A DNA stretch of 32,000 nt from Caldivirga maquilingensis IC-167 (GCF_000018305.1 NC_009954.1:540001-572000); one strand, 5' to 3'; positions 1 to 9,349 are shown, counted from the stretch's first letter. Made by a program: numbers and translations. The notes: generated by a model from the letters alone, not told the origin.

Positions 1-891
1 CGAACCCCCGAAAATACCTGTAATTACTGTTGAGGCCATGTAAGCTATGGGTGAGTGAATAAGCAGAGTGAGCATTGAGACCGTTAAGGCGACACCAGTT
101 ACGAGAATAGTCTTCCTCCTACTTAACTTATCTGATATTGAACCCATTATTGGCCTACCAATACCACTGAATAGGGGAAGTAGTGACGCCGCAGTGGCAA
201 CTATAATGTAACCGTAACCCTCACCCAGTATTGAGAGACTGGAGGAGAGTAATTGAAGTGGAATACCCATTAGTGAGAATGATGCGAAGACAAGCCAGAA
301 GCCTGGGGGTATTTTAGTAAGCCTCATAGCCTTAACCTGGCTTGGAGGGTACTTGGCCGTCGCCATTAAGGGTATGACTACGGCCAGTATTAATGCGCCT
401 ATAAGCATCATCGGGTACCTGTACTCACCCTTAATAATTAATAGCGATATTAACGGGTTGAAGAATGTCGCCCCAAGTCCAAAGCCCATGTTTATTATAC
501 CTGTGGCTAAGCCCCTAGTCCTACTAAACCACTTAACCCCCAGGTTTATTGATACACCGTAGATTAAGCCAACGCCAATGCTCCCCATTGACCACAGGGC
601 GTAGAATTGATTAACCCCATTAACAAGTGGTGAAGCCACCATACCTAAGCCAGCCAATACACCACCGGTTACGCCAACTAATCTAGGCCCTCTCCTATCA
701 GCAATGTAACCCCCAAGTACCTGTGAAATAGTGGAGAATAGGACGAATAATGAGTAGGCTACTTGAATTGCAGGTAAATCAACGTTGAGACTCCTCATTA
801 ATGGTGTTATGAGTAGGTTCCAGCTGTATTGGTAGGCTGATATAAGCATCATTGGTAATAGTCCTTGGATTATTATGAACCAGTTCCTCAT
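1..891 (-). CDS. MFS transporter (oxalate/formate antiporter-like), C-terminal part cut by window edge
   Basis: Absent from the ORF track because it runs off the edge. My minus-strand translation from ATG (complement of 889-891) gives MRNWFIIIQGLLPMMLISAYQYSWN...VLGGYIADRRGPRLVGV...GINMGFGLGATFFNP... It has repeated hydrophobic helices and the MFS loop signature G-x-x-x-D-R-x-G-x-R. Confidence 0.75.
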   Translation of the reverse strand, partial: MRNWFIIIQGLLPMMLISAYQYSWNLLITPLMRSLNVDLPAIQVAYSLFVLFSTISQVLGGYIADRRGPRLVGVTGGVLAGLGMVASPLVNGVNQFYALWSMGSIGVGLIYGVSINLGVKWFSRTRGLATGIINMGFGLGATFFNPLISLLIIKGEYRYPMMLIGALILAVVIPLMATAKYPPSQVKAMRLTKIPPGFWLVFASFSLMGIPLQLLSSSLSILGEGYGYIIVATAASLLPLFSGIGRPIMGSISDKLSRRKTILVTGVALTVSMLTLLIHSPIAYMASTVITGIFGGS

Positions 892-926
892 TGTTAAAAC
901 CCCAGCCTAACCCTATTAAACAGTAT

Positions 927-1964
927 TCACTCAACAGCCGGTATTAGGTGAATCAGGTTGGGTGGTATGGTTAGGGTAAGGGAATCACCCTTACTGGGCT
1001 TTGATTGAGTAATAGCAGTGAAGAGTACTCCATCAGCGTTAATCATTACCCTAAAGCCCACGCTAGTCCTCTCAACCTCAATCACTGTGCCCTTAATCAC
1101 ATTACCCTCATCCCCATTATCCTCCCTAAACCACTCAGGCCTAATGCAGACGTAAACCTTACCCTCGACACTCTCCGTTGAGTATAGGGTGTGATTCCCA
1201 ACACGCACCATTGAGCCTTGAGGAGCCTTAACTGCTGTTGCAGGTATTATATTGCTGAAGCCCACGAATTGAGCTGTGAAGAGCCTACTGGGTCTTGTGA
1301 ATATTACCTCAGGTTCATTCTCCTCAATTAACTGTCCATTATTAAGCACAAGTATCTTATCGGCTAGGGCGTAGGCCTCATTCCTATCATGAGTCACATG
1401 CACAACCACAGTGTTGAACTTACTCGGTATACTTCTTAGGAGTGGTATTAGGCTCTCCCTGGTGCTGACATCCATCATTGACATTGGTTCATCAAGTAGG
1501 AGAACCTTAGGCTTAATTATGAGCGCCCTTGCTAAGGCAACCTTCTGGCTCTCACCACCACTTAATCCCCTAACCCTCCTGTTAAGTAGGTTAAGAATAC
1601 CTAAATCCTCGGCAATCCTACGCACCTCAATAACCCTAATCCTCCTAGGCACACCCCTAACCTTAAGCCCATACTCAATATTCTCGTAAACAGTCATGTG
1701 ATCGAAGAGGGCGTAACCCTGGGGAACGTAGGCTATCCCCCTTAATTCAGGGGGCTTACCTGTAACATCCTCCCCATTAATGATCACTGAACCTGAATTA
1801 GGCCTATAGGCTCCAGCAATCACTTTAATTAAAGTTGATTTACCACTACCCGTCGGTCCCATAATCACATTGTATGTTCCATTATTCATTGATGTTGTTA
1901 TTGGGCCCAGTTTAAAGGAACCAAGCATCAACTCAACGTTAATTAGCTTAAGGGCAACCCCCAC
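927..1964 (-). CDS. ABC transporter ATP-binding protein, ModC/WtpC/CysA-like with C-terminal TOBE-like domain
   Basis: Walker A GPTGSGKST, ABC signature LSGGESQKVALARAL, Walker B VLLLDEP. About 110 aa of beta-rich C-terminal extension. The GTG start (1962-1964) abuts the permease stop (1965-1967). Confidence 0.85.
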   Translation of the reverse strand: MGVALKLINVELMLGSFKLGPITTSMNNGTYNVIMGPTGSGKSTLIKVIAGAYRPNSGSVIINGEDVTGKPPELRGIAYVPQGYALFDHMTVYENIEYGLKVRGVPRRIRVIEVRRIAEDLGILNLLNRRVRGLSGGESQKVALARALIIKPKVLLLDEPMSMMDVSTRESLIPLLRSIPSKFNTVVVHVTHDRNEAYALADKILVLNNGQLIEENEPEVIFTRPSRLFTAQFVGFSNIIPATAVKAPQGSMVRVGNHTLYSTESVEGKVYVCIRPEWFREDNGDEGNVIKGTVIEVERTSVGFRVMINADGVLFTAITQSKPSKGDSLTLTIPPNLIHLIPAVE

Positions 1965-2882
1965 TTAATCACCCCTCCTTATGTTTAAAATAACCCTGTA
2001 GACTATGAATATCACTAGTACAACCACCAGTAGGGCTGCTGAGTACTTGACTGCATTACTTAACCCAATTCCAACGTAACTCTCATAAATGTAGACTGAG
2101 GCTGGGTAAATGTACTTACCGTTGAAGTATATGCTGTACGCCACTATGAATAATGCGCCCGCCTCTGATACTGAACGGGCCCATGATAATAAGGCGCCAT
2201 TAGCCATTGCCCTCCACACCTTAGGTAACGTTATTGATATGAATACTCTACTTGGACTAGCCCCAAGGGTCCTGGCAACTATCTCCATTTCAGGATTAAC
2301 CATGGATACTGCAGCCTCAGTAACCCTAATGTAGTATGTTGATGATAGGAAAGCCACAGCCGCCACCGCACCCCAAAGCGTATTAATGAATTTAATACCC
2401 ACCACTGTTGATAAGGCGTATATTAACGCATCAACCATAGGTGATAGGAGGACGTGGAGGAGACCATAATGGAGTAGTGTTGAATTAAAGGCCCTTAGGT
2501 GCAGGATCACTGTGTTAAGTGAATTAAATAATGCACTATACTTAGATGCAAAGGCTAGGACTATCATTATGCCGACTATCACGTGAGGTATCATTATTGG
2601 TATGTCTATTATTGAGTCAAGCAACTGCTTAAAGCGGAACCTATACCTAGCCAGTAGGTAGGCTAGGGGAGTGCCCATTATTATTGCCACTAGTGCTGAT
2701 AACGTTGACATGATTACTGTGATCTCAATGGACTCTAAGAAACTACCCACTGATAGGGCTGAGGTAACTTGAGTTGATCCTAATGCTATGATTAGTATTA
2801 ATGGGTAGATTATTAGAATGGTTAATATAAGTAGTGAGACTGCTAAGGCTACTTTAAGGGGAAGCTCACCCATGTAAACCAT
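1965..2882 (-). CDS. ABC transporter permease, ModB/WtpB/CysTW-like
   Basis: 305 aa, about 6 hydrophobic helices. The cytoplasmic loop ARSVSEAGALFIVAY resembles the EAA loop of oxyanion-importer permeases. It sits in an operon between the binding protein and the ATPase. Confidence 0.8.
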   Translation of the reverse strand: MVYMGELPLKVALAVSLLILTILIIYPLILIIALGSTQVTSALSVGSFLESIEITVIMSTLSALVAIIMGTPLAYLLARYRFRFKQLLDSIIDIPIMIPHVIVGIMIVLAFASKYSALFNSLNTVILHLRAFNSTLLHYGLLHVLLSPMVDALIYALSTVVGIKFINTLWGAVAAVAFLSSTYYIRVTEAAVSMVNPEMEIVARTLGASPSRVFISITLPKVWRAMANGALLSWARSVSEAGALFIVAYSIYFNGKYIYPASVYIYESYVGIGLSNAVKYSAALLVVVLVIFIVYRVILNIRRGD

Positions 2883-2944
2883 ATTAAAGGCACCTAAAAG
2901 TCATTATTTTAATAGGGGTTTAAAGTTAACTAAGCAGCTCAGGC

Positions 2945-4126
2945 TTATGGGAATATTGGAGCATACTGCGGGTACTGGCTGACTGGTGCCGTGAATGGTC
3001 TTAAGATGGCTGGTACATTACTGTAGTTACCGTACACTATACCCGGCACTATTGGTTGAATACCATTCTCCTCAAGTATCTTCTGCCCTATTGGACTGTA
3101 GAGTAGTGTTAGGAAGTATAATGCGGCTGTTGGATTAGGTGCATTATTGGGTATAGTTATCGTGTAAACCACTGGGTTGCATTTGAAGGTTTTAGTGACA
3201 CCTACCTCAGTCCAGGTTGTATTAACCTGGTGGTAGTAGGGTACGTAGCTTAAGTTACCTAGGTTAATCATGAAGGGTAATGTAATGTAGGCTGTCCCCT
3301 TATACTCCTGGGTCTGCGGTATTGCATTACTTAAGTAAGCTGATAGTATGAATTGAACCTGGCCGGCATCCATTAACGTGAATAAATCCACCTCAGTATT
3401 CCTCATGAAGTACTTGCTTGGATTACTGTAAATAGCGTCATATAGATATGAGGCATTGTTGAAGAATGTTAAGCCAGCTAACTTAATCATGCACTGCGCT
3501 TGGTAACCTGACGGATCAGTGAATGGGTTTGAGACACCCACCACGGTGCTTGAGTTTAAGGCTATTATAGTGAATATCTCCCTCCAAGTGTTGTTCCACT
3601 GAGTTGATAAAGGTGGGTAACTCTGCGCCTCCTGCCAAAGCCTATAAACCTCCTGTCCAGCTGTTGTATTTAAATCAACTATAATAACCATTTGAGTTAC
3701 ACCGAAGGCAATCTCATAATCAGTGTAATTATGAGCGAAGAGCACTGATGGTATTGTTGTGGTGTCCGCTGAGGCCATTATGCTGAGTTGATTCGTATCA
3801 AGCTCATACTGAGCCACGTCGCCACTACCCTTGAAGTATGGTTGACCTATGTTTAAGTTAGGGTACATGCTCTTCATTATGTTTAGTAAATCAGTGAAGG
3901 CGAACTTCAATGTTCCAGCGGCACCAACTACGAAGGGTTGGCTAAGTGATGAAGCATAGGTTGCAGTAACCGTTACTGGTGAAGTGGTCGTTGTTGTAAC
4001 TGTTATTGTTGAGGTTAACGTCGTGGTTACTTTACTTACATGTGTTGAGGCGACTCCATATCCAGCGGCAATACCCACTATTAAAGCCACAACTACGGCT
4101 GTGGCTAGTATTGAGTTTGATGCCAT
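2945..4126 (-). CDS. Membrane-anchored substrate-binding protein, WtpA/ModA-like (tungstate/molybdate-type; substrate not decidable)
   Basis: N-terminal TM anchor and a Thr-rich linker TTTLTSTITVTTTTTSPVTVT. The core MASADTTTIPSVLFAHNYTDYEIAFGVTQMVIIV resembles the SAD...IP...FA.N..V motif region of WtpA/ModA proteins. Confidence 0.65.
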   Translation of the reverse strand: MASNSILATAVVVALIVGIAAGYGVASTHVSKVTTTLTSTITVTTTTTSPVTVTATYASSLSQPFVVGAAGTLKFAFTDLLNIMKSMYPNLNIGQPYFKGSGDVAQYELDTNQLSIMASADTTTIPSVLFAHNYTDYEIAFGVTQMVIIVDLNTTAGQEVYRLWQEAQSYPPLSTQWNNTWREIFTIIALNSSTVVGVSNPFTDPSGYQAQCMIKLAGLTFFNNASYLYDAIYSNPSKYFMRNTEVDLFTLMDAGQVQFILSAYLSNAIPQTQEYKGTAYITLPFMINLGNLSYVPYYHQVNTTWTEVGVTKTFKCNPVVYTITIPNNAPNPTAALYFLTLLYSPIGQKILEENGIQPIVPGIVYGNYSNVPAILRPFTAPVSQYPQYAPIFP

Positions 4127-4164
4127 GCGTTATCCGTAAAATAATAATGCTTAAAAATTTTACC

Positions 4165-5220
4165 CTATGAAATCAACAGCAAATACATCTTCTCCCTAAT
4201 ACTCCTCGGTGCATTACTCCAAACAATGTTATATATTGATGATAGTACCTGCGCCTCAAGGTCCCTTAAGTGAACCATAGCCAATGCCGAGGCTGGGGAA
4301 AACTCAGTACCCATGTTAAGTATGGTTGAGGCGAATCTCCTATATGTTGTGAAGTAGGATACGTGAAGATACCTTACCACGTCGCTTAACTCATTGAATC
4401 CACTAGACAGTATACGCGACACTATTGGGTCACCTGCAAGGTACTCAAGTATCCTAGGTGTATCCTCCTGAAGCCTTCTCTCTAACTCAACCCCAATCCC
4501 ACTCGATATCATTAAGGCCCTACTCACCTGTACCGGTAGGTTCCAGAGCTTGCTCCTTAAGGCTACATTAATGTTGAAGAAATCAACCATGAAGCTGGAC
4601 ACTTGCGGTATTGGATCAGCAGCCTTCAGGAGGGGTTCAAGCCAGGACCTGTCCAGCATCGTCTCAAAGATAACCTCATCGAAGCCTGGGTTATTCCTAG
4701 CTATGTCCATTGCCTTAAGCAAGTATTCATGAGACTGATGCCTCAATGCGGCTAGGCGACTGGCTAATTCATCCACGTTACTTGCATTCAATAGATCCAC
4801 TAGGATGAATCTCCGACCTAATGCATCCTCAAAATACCACCTAATCACCTTTTCAGCCCTCTCGCGGCTGAATTGGCCAGATACCATTAACCTAACCACA
4901 GCCTTAATGTTCTCTATCTCGTACTTGAGTAGGTAAGTCTTCAAGGCATCCTTAACCTCAACAGGCATTGTGGATGCCATACCCCATAACTCATTAACGA
5001 CTAATCCCTGTATTAATTCAGAAGCCACCTCAGGTGGTGTTTCCCTAGTTATCTTATCGGCAATACCCCTGTATGATGTTTGAGCCAGTAGGGATAGGAA
5101 ATCATCCACACTGGTTGAGAAAATCATGTTCCTTAATTGATCCATTGAAATTAACCTAGCCTTAACACCCCTAACCCTGGGTCCAATGTAAGGGTTCCTT
5201 ACAACCCACATCACGTACAC
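4165..5220 (-). CDS. atpC: A-type (A1A0) ATP synthase subunit C (V-ATPase d homolog)
   Basis: 351 aa, all-alpha. The N-terminus NPYIGPRVRGVKARLIS resembles the Y..ARVR..K..L start typical of archaeal subunit C. The length fits. Confidence 0.7.
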   Translation of the reverse strand: MYVMWVVRNPYIGPRVRGVKARLISMDQLRNMIFSTSVDDFLSLLAQTSYRGIADKITRETPPEVASELIQGLVVNELWGMASTMPVEVKDALKTYLLKYEIENIKAVVRLMVSGQFSRERAEKVIRWYFEDALGRRFILVDLLNASNVDELASRLAALRHQSHEYLLKAMDIARNNPGFDEVIFETMLDRSWLEPLLKAADPIPQVSSFMVDFFNINVALRSKLWNLPVQVSRALMISSGIGVELERRLQEDTPRILEYLAGDPIVSRILSSGFNELSDVVRYLHVSYFTTYRRFASTILNMGTEFSPASALAMVHLRDLEAQVLSSIYNIVWSNAPRSIREKMYLLLIS

Positions 5221-5345
5221 TACGCTTTATCGTTTATTAAGCATTAGCACTTAATCGAAACATTAACCCAAGCCTTAAACCTACTTAAGGCTGATGCCGC
5301 TTAACTTAAAGTTATCTACTCATTGATTAACTGGAGTAGACTGAA

Positions 5346-5906
5346 TCATGATGCCGCCACTTTCCTCCTAAAGACAAAGCCGCAGACTGGGCACGTTATT
5401 TTACTTGATGTTGATGGTACTATCACTGCCCTGCATTGAGGACACCTAGTTTCAACAACACCGAGTAATGGGCCCCTTAGGCTTATGTGGTATGGTGGCT
5501 TACTTGATAAAACCCTCGCCTTAATTAAGTCCCCTAAACCCACCGCATCATAAATAGTGCTTAACCTCTCCTCGGAGGCATAAGTTACGTAAAGTATACC
5601 CGTCTCAGCTTGAATCCTCCTAACCCCATCCTGATGTTGAACAGCGAAGATCCTAACCATGGCGACCTTATCGTTTGGGAAGTAGTACACCTTACCGTAC
5701 ACTATTTGCCCAGGCCTAATTAGGCTTAATTTAAGTGGCTTAACGTTAACCACGTGGTTAACTCTATCCCACTCAGCAATGCCAAGAACCATTGATTTAA
5801 CGTAGCCTGAATCAACGTACGCATTATCGCCTGGAAGATACTCCTCCTCAACACCCAATTCCTCACCAGGTGTGACTAAGGCTTTACTTACTGAAGACCC
5901 CTGCAT
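5346..5906 (-). CDS. csl4: Exosome complex RNA-binding protein Csl4
   Basis: 186 aa. N-terminal domain, then an S1/OB-like core (GQIVYGKVYYFPNDKVAMVRI), then a C-terminal zinc ribbon CPQC...CPVC. This is the characteristic Csl4 three-domain order. Confidence 0.75.
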   Translation of the reverse strand: MQGSSVSKALVTPGEELGVEEEYLPGDNAYVDSGYVKSMVLGIAEWDRVNHVVNVKPLKLSLIRPGQIVYGKVYYFPNDKVAMVRIFAVQHQDGVRRIQAETGILYVTYASEERLSTIYDAVGLGDLIKARVLSSKPPYHISLRGPLLGVVETRCPQCRAVIVPSTSSKITCPVCGFVFRRKVAAS

Positions 5907-5979
5907 CGTTCTGCTAAACTAAGCACTATTAATAACACTAACCCTAATATGAATGCGCCGTGGATTAAGGATCCAGTAC

Positions 5980-6990
5980 TCATCTTCTACCTGACCTTGT
6001 AGTTATGGTTACTGCTTCATCGAACTTCCTGGCTATGTAATCCCTCTTCTCCCCCTCACTTGAGAAACTCCCCCTAACCACGTGGGCCATGTTGGCTAAA
6101 ACCTCCTTCTTAAGGTCACTTAAGGCAGGCTCCCTCCTCTCTATCCATGCCTTAGCCATGGTGTTGGCTAAGGCGTATATTGAAGCCCTTATGCTTGGTG
6201 AAACCTCAATTATCCCGTCCTGATTCATCAACGTTATGAAGTTTGTTAAAACCTCAGTCAACATGCTTGGAGTCTTAACACCAATGTGGCTTAAGGTTAA
6301 GTTAGCCTTCCACTCCAGTATTGCCTTAAGCAACTCCCTGTCAGGGTACTGAATCTCAACAACCTTCATTCTATCGGCCAAGGCTTCACTAAGCTCATAA
6401 ACACCAGAGTACTCAGCTGGGTTTGATGTTGCTATCATCAGGAAGTCACTCCTAATCCTGAAACCTCTAATGTAGACGTAGTGCTCTTGAAGAACCTGGA
6501 GTAATGATGCTTGACTATATGGGTTAAGCCTATTTATCTCATCCATTATAAGCACCTTACCATGGGAGAGAACAAGGGGACCAGGTATGTAGGCTAGGGG
6601 GTGGTCTAGGCCTGCTTGAAGAGCCACAGCTATATCAATATCCCCAGTGAGCTCGGTAGCCGTCATGTGGCTGTGGCAAGCCACCTCAATGTAAGGTGGG
6701 TTGTCTAGGGCTAGGATACTGGCTATCTCCTCAGCTAGGGTTGTCTTACCAACACCCACGGGGCCCATTATCATCACATGCCTACCCACTGATAAACCGC
6801 TTAAAACATCAAGAGTAGCCTCACCAAGACCCCTAAGGCTGGATTCAAGTGACTTAAGTATATTATTAACACCCTTCTCCCTAATCGCCTTAACCACCTT
6901 AGTCTCCATGCTTATTGGATCACGCTTAAGCAGACTGGATAATGTCGGTAATGATCCAAGTAAATCCTTGGAATTACTTTGCATCAGCAT
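5980..6990 (-). CDS. AAA+ ATPase, MoxR/AAA_5-like, orphan (no VWA partner adjacent)
   Basis: Walker A GPVGVGKTT, Walker B VLIMDEINR, sensor-1-like ATSNP, C-terminal helical lid. Confidence 0.7.
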   Translation of the reverse strand: MLMQSNSKDLLGSLPTLSSLLKRDPISMETKVVKAIREKGVNNILKSLESSLRGLGEATLDVLSGLSVGRHVMIMGPVGVGKTTLAEEIASILALDNPPYIEVACHSHMTATELTGDIDIAVALQAGLDHPLAYIPGPLVLSHGKVLIMDEINRLNPYSQASLLQVLQEHYVYIRGFRIRSDFLMIATSNPAEYSGVYELSEALADRMKVVEIQYPDRELLKAILEWKANLTLSHIGVKTPSMLTEVLTNFITLMNQDGIIEVSPSIRASIYALANTMAKAWIERREPALSDLKKEVLANMAHVVRGSFSSEGEKRDYIARKFDEAVTITTRSGRR

Positions 6991-7176
6991 TCTCCTAAAA
7001 CCACGGAATATAAACCTCTCTCAGTACGTGTATTACCCCCTTCCCTCACTCCTTAGAGATGAGGAATCATACTGAGGAGTCTTCTTTAATGGCTCACTTA
7101 AGTGTGGGAACAAGGGGAAGTACCTAAATTAAACCCAACAACCATTAATAACGAGGCTTCAAGTACATCACTGTAA

Positions 7177-7187
7177 GTTTATATTTT
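7177..7187 (+). promoter_or_regulatory. TATA box for cobD (leaderless)
   Basis: GTTTATATTTT is centred about 26 nt upstream of the GTG start at 7208. Confidence 0.5.
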
Positions 7188-7207
7188 CAAGGAGGGATGG
7201 GGAACGT

Positions 7208-8248
7208 GTGGTTAAGTACCATGGTGGATTAGCTAAGCAGGGTGAATTAGACTTCAGCTCCAACATTAACCCCCTAGCACCCCCGGGCTTCGTCATTAAG
7301 TTGATTAAGGGGTGTGAGTACTCAATGTACCCGGACTACACCTACGCCAACTTAAGGAGGACTGTGGCTGCTTTTAATGGGGTAAGTGATGAAGAGGTTA
7401 CTCCAGTTAACGGAGCCTCTGAGGGCCTTTACGCATCACTAATGGTTGCTAGGTTACTTGGGATGAGGAGGTGCCTGATTGTTTCACCAAATTACGGTGA
7501 CCTTGAGTTTGAGGAGTATTGCAGGTTGATTGGGCTTAGGGTTAATCACCACTTAATGCCTCACAGCGACTCATCATACATGCTTGGTGATGTTAAGGCA
7601 GAGGGAAGTGATGTTGTCCTCCTCAGTAACCCAAGTAACCCAACGGGTATCCTGCATAGTAGGGGGGAGTTAATTGACGTGATTAATAATGCAGGCCTGG
7701 TGATTGTTGATGAAGCCTACATTAACTTATCCGTAAACCCATCAATGAGCCTAATGGGTAGTGGGTACGGTAACCTAATTGTGGTTAGGTCCTTAACTAA
7801 GGAGATTGGGTTACCTGGATTAAGGATAGGCTACGTCTATACGCCTAATGCCCAAGTAATGAGGTTAATGCGGACGGTACTGCCTTCATGGAACGTCAAT
7901 AGTTGCGCAGATGAAGTGGCTAGGGGGGTTTACGGTAGGTATAGTAGTGAGTACGTCTCGTTTCTTGAGGAATCTAGGAGGGAGGTGGCTAGGTTGAGGG
8001 ATTACTTGGTTAATGGTCTTATTGAATTAGGGTTTAGGGTTTATGAATCAGCAGTCAACTTCATACTGGTTGAGGCACCTATTGAGGCTAATAGGCTTTA
8101 CGAGGCCTTACTTAATAAAGGCATAGTGGTGAGGGTGCCTAAGGGCTTTGTGGGACTTGGGGGTAAACACGTTAGAATAGCAGTGAGGGGGATTAATGAT
8201 GAGGAGAGGCTTATTGAGGAGATTAAGAGAATTCTCAATGGGGTTTAG
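7208..8248 (+). CDS. cobD: L-threonine-O-3-phosphate decarboxylase (class I/II aminotransferase fold), cobalamin biosynthesis
   Basis: The PLP-lysine region VVRSLTKEIGLPGLRIGYV matches the CobD/HisC SLTK..G.PGLR.GY motif. The gene overlaps the downstream cobS by 11 nt, which favours CobD over HisC. Confidence 0.7.
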   Translation: MVKYHGGLAKQGELDFSSNINPLAPPGFVIKLIKGCEYSMYPDYTYANLRRTVAAFNGVSDEEVTPVNGASEGLYASLMVARLLGMRRCLIVSPNYGDLEFEEYCRLIGLRVNHHLMPHSDSSYMLGDVKAEGSDVVLLSNPSNPTGILHSRGELIDVINNAGLVIVDEAYINLSVNPSMSLMGSGYGNLIVVRSLTKEIGLPGLRIGYVYTPNAQVMRLMRTVLPSWNVNSCADEVARGVYGRYSSEYVSFLEESRREVARLRDYLVNGLIELGFRVYESAVNFILVEAPIEANRLYEALLNKGIVVRVPKGFVGLGGKHVRIAVRGINDEERLIEEIKRILNGV

Positions 8249-8987
8249 GGGGTTAATCTCCTTCCTAACAATAATACCTGCAGGGGGTAAGTTTGAGTAC
8301 GCACCCAGGTACTTCTACCTAGTCCCCTTAATTGGCTTAATTGAAGGGCTCATAGCGGCGTCACCACTACTCATCAGTAAGCCCATTGGGGCTGCCTTAT
8401 CCACTGCATTAACCTACTTAATTAACGGGTTCCAGCACATGGATGGATTCCTAGACTTCGGTGAGGCATTACTAACAGGTAGGAGGGGTGAGGAGGCTGT
8501 GAGGGTTCTTAAGGATCCTCATAGGGGGTCCTTCGCATTAACCCTAGGCCTAATTGATGTCCTGCTCGTCTACTCATCATTACTATCAATGGGTAAGGAG
8601 ACGTTAATTACTCTACCCATTACTGAAGCTGCGGCAGCCTACGTAATGTTCACCACAGCCTACTTAGGTAAGCCAAGTGAGGGTGGGTTGGGGCGATTAT
8701 TCATAATTGAGGCTAAGGGGAATGTTAAATTAACCTCATCCACTCTACTGTATGCAGCCATTATAGTGGCGGTACCGTTGCTTTACCATTGGGGTGCATT
8801 AATCATCCTCATCACTATTACCGTTAACGCACTGATAAGTGAACTAGTAGCCCTTCTTACAGTTAAGCTAAGTCACTCTAGGTTAGGGTTTGTTAATGGT
8901 GATGTGTTAGGCTTCTCCTTTGAGTTAAGTAAGGTTACTTTACTCACAATTTACTCCGCACTGGGTTACCTACTTACTGTGCATTAA
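8238..8987 (+). CDS. cobS: Adenosylcobinamide-GDP ribazoletransferase (cobalamin synthase)
   Basis: Polytopic membrane protein starting MGFRGLISFLTIIPAGG, the typical CobS F.TI.P N-terminus. I prefer ATG 8238 over the track start at 8196, which would add an Arg-rich non-homologous leader. Confidence 0.75.
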   Translation: MGFRGLISFLTIIPAGGKFEYAPRYFYLVPLIGLIEGLIAASPLLISKPIGAALSTALTYLINGFQHMDGFLDFGEALLTGRRGEEAVRVLKDPHRGSFALTLGLIDVLLVYSSLLSMGKETLITLPITEAAAAYVMFTTAYLGKPSEGGLGRLFIIEAKGNVKLTSSTLLYAAIIVAVPLLYHWGALIILITITVNALISELVALLTVKLSHSRLGFVNGDVLGFSFELSKVTLLTIYSALGYLLTVH

Positions 8988-9201
8988 CCCTCCTAACAAG
9001 TCTCCTAAGCCCCCTGGGAGTCACTAGTATTATGCAGTTGTTTAACCAAACGTAGTACCTGCATGACTTAACCGGTATAATCAACACCCTCCCAGTCTCA
9101 GTGAGGAGCCTAATGGTGCCTTCAGTTTGCCCAATCACTAAACCCCTTAACCCATTCATGTTACTGTTCCTGCAGTCAACCAACTCAACCCTAAGGGGCA
9201 T
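8974..9201 (-). CDS. rnp1: RNase P protein component 1 (Rpp29/Pop4), short form
   Basis: 75 aa. LRVELVDCRNSNMNGLRGLVIGQTEGTIRLLTETGRVLIIPVKSCRYYVW fits the Rpp29 Sm-like pattern v.V..s.n..l.G..G.Vv.ET..T..i.t..g....iPK....f. A TATA-like TTTAATAT (9226-9233) lies about 27 nt upstream. Confidence 0.7.
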   Translation of the reverse strand: MPLRVELVDCRNSNMNGLRGLVIGQTEGTIRLLTETGRVLIIPVKSCRYYVWLNNCIILVTPRGLRRLVRRVNAQ

Positions 9202-9251
9202 GTTAACTTAAGCCACTTACCCTTTAATATGCGTTAACTTACCTCAAGGAA

Positions 9252-9327
9252 TGTACCCCGCCCGGAGGGGCTGGGATCATGGGTGGGGTTAAATCCCCAT
9301 CTCACCCTTACCCACACCTACGGGGCA
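9252..9327 (-). ncRNA. K-turn hairpin sRNA with 3' ACA (H/ACA-like guide RNA candidate)
   Basis: Minus-strand RNA: U-GCCCCG-UAGGUGU-GGG-UAA-GGG-U-GA-GAUGGGG-AUUUAA-CCCCACC-CAU-GA-U-CCC-AG-CCC-CUCCGGG-CGGGGU-ACA.
- Lower stem: GCCCCG/CGGGGU.
- Two 7-nt unpaired strands form a possible pocket.
- Upper stem carries a K-turn: 3-nt bulge CAU, tandem G.A/A.G, then a U.U pair.
- ACA directly follows the stem, 13 nt from the upper-stem base.
- It is a GC island in AT-rich spacer, with a TATA about 27 nt upstream.
- The K-turn exists only on this strand. Confidence 0.45.
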
Positions 9328-9349
9328 TTTTAAATTAATAAACTTAACC

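Noticed and set aside
5291-5344. CTGATGC ... 43 nt ... CTGA in the atpC-csl4 spacer.
   Set aside because: The C box is degenerate (5 of 7). The putative guides are AT-rich, which is unlikely to pair with GC-rich hyperthermophile rRNA. There is no D'/C' pair, and the D box overlaps the csl4 stop region.
6731-6777. GTGATGA ... 36 nt ... CTGA on the minus strand.
   Set aside because: It falls on the Walker A coding segment of the AAA+ gene in the sense orientation. The spacing is too short and there are no internal boxes.
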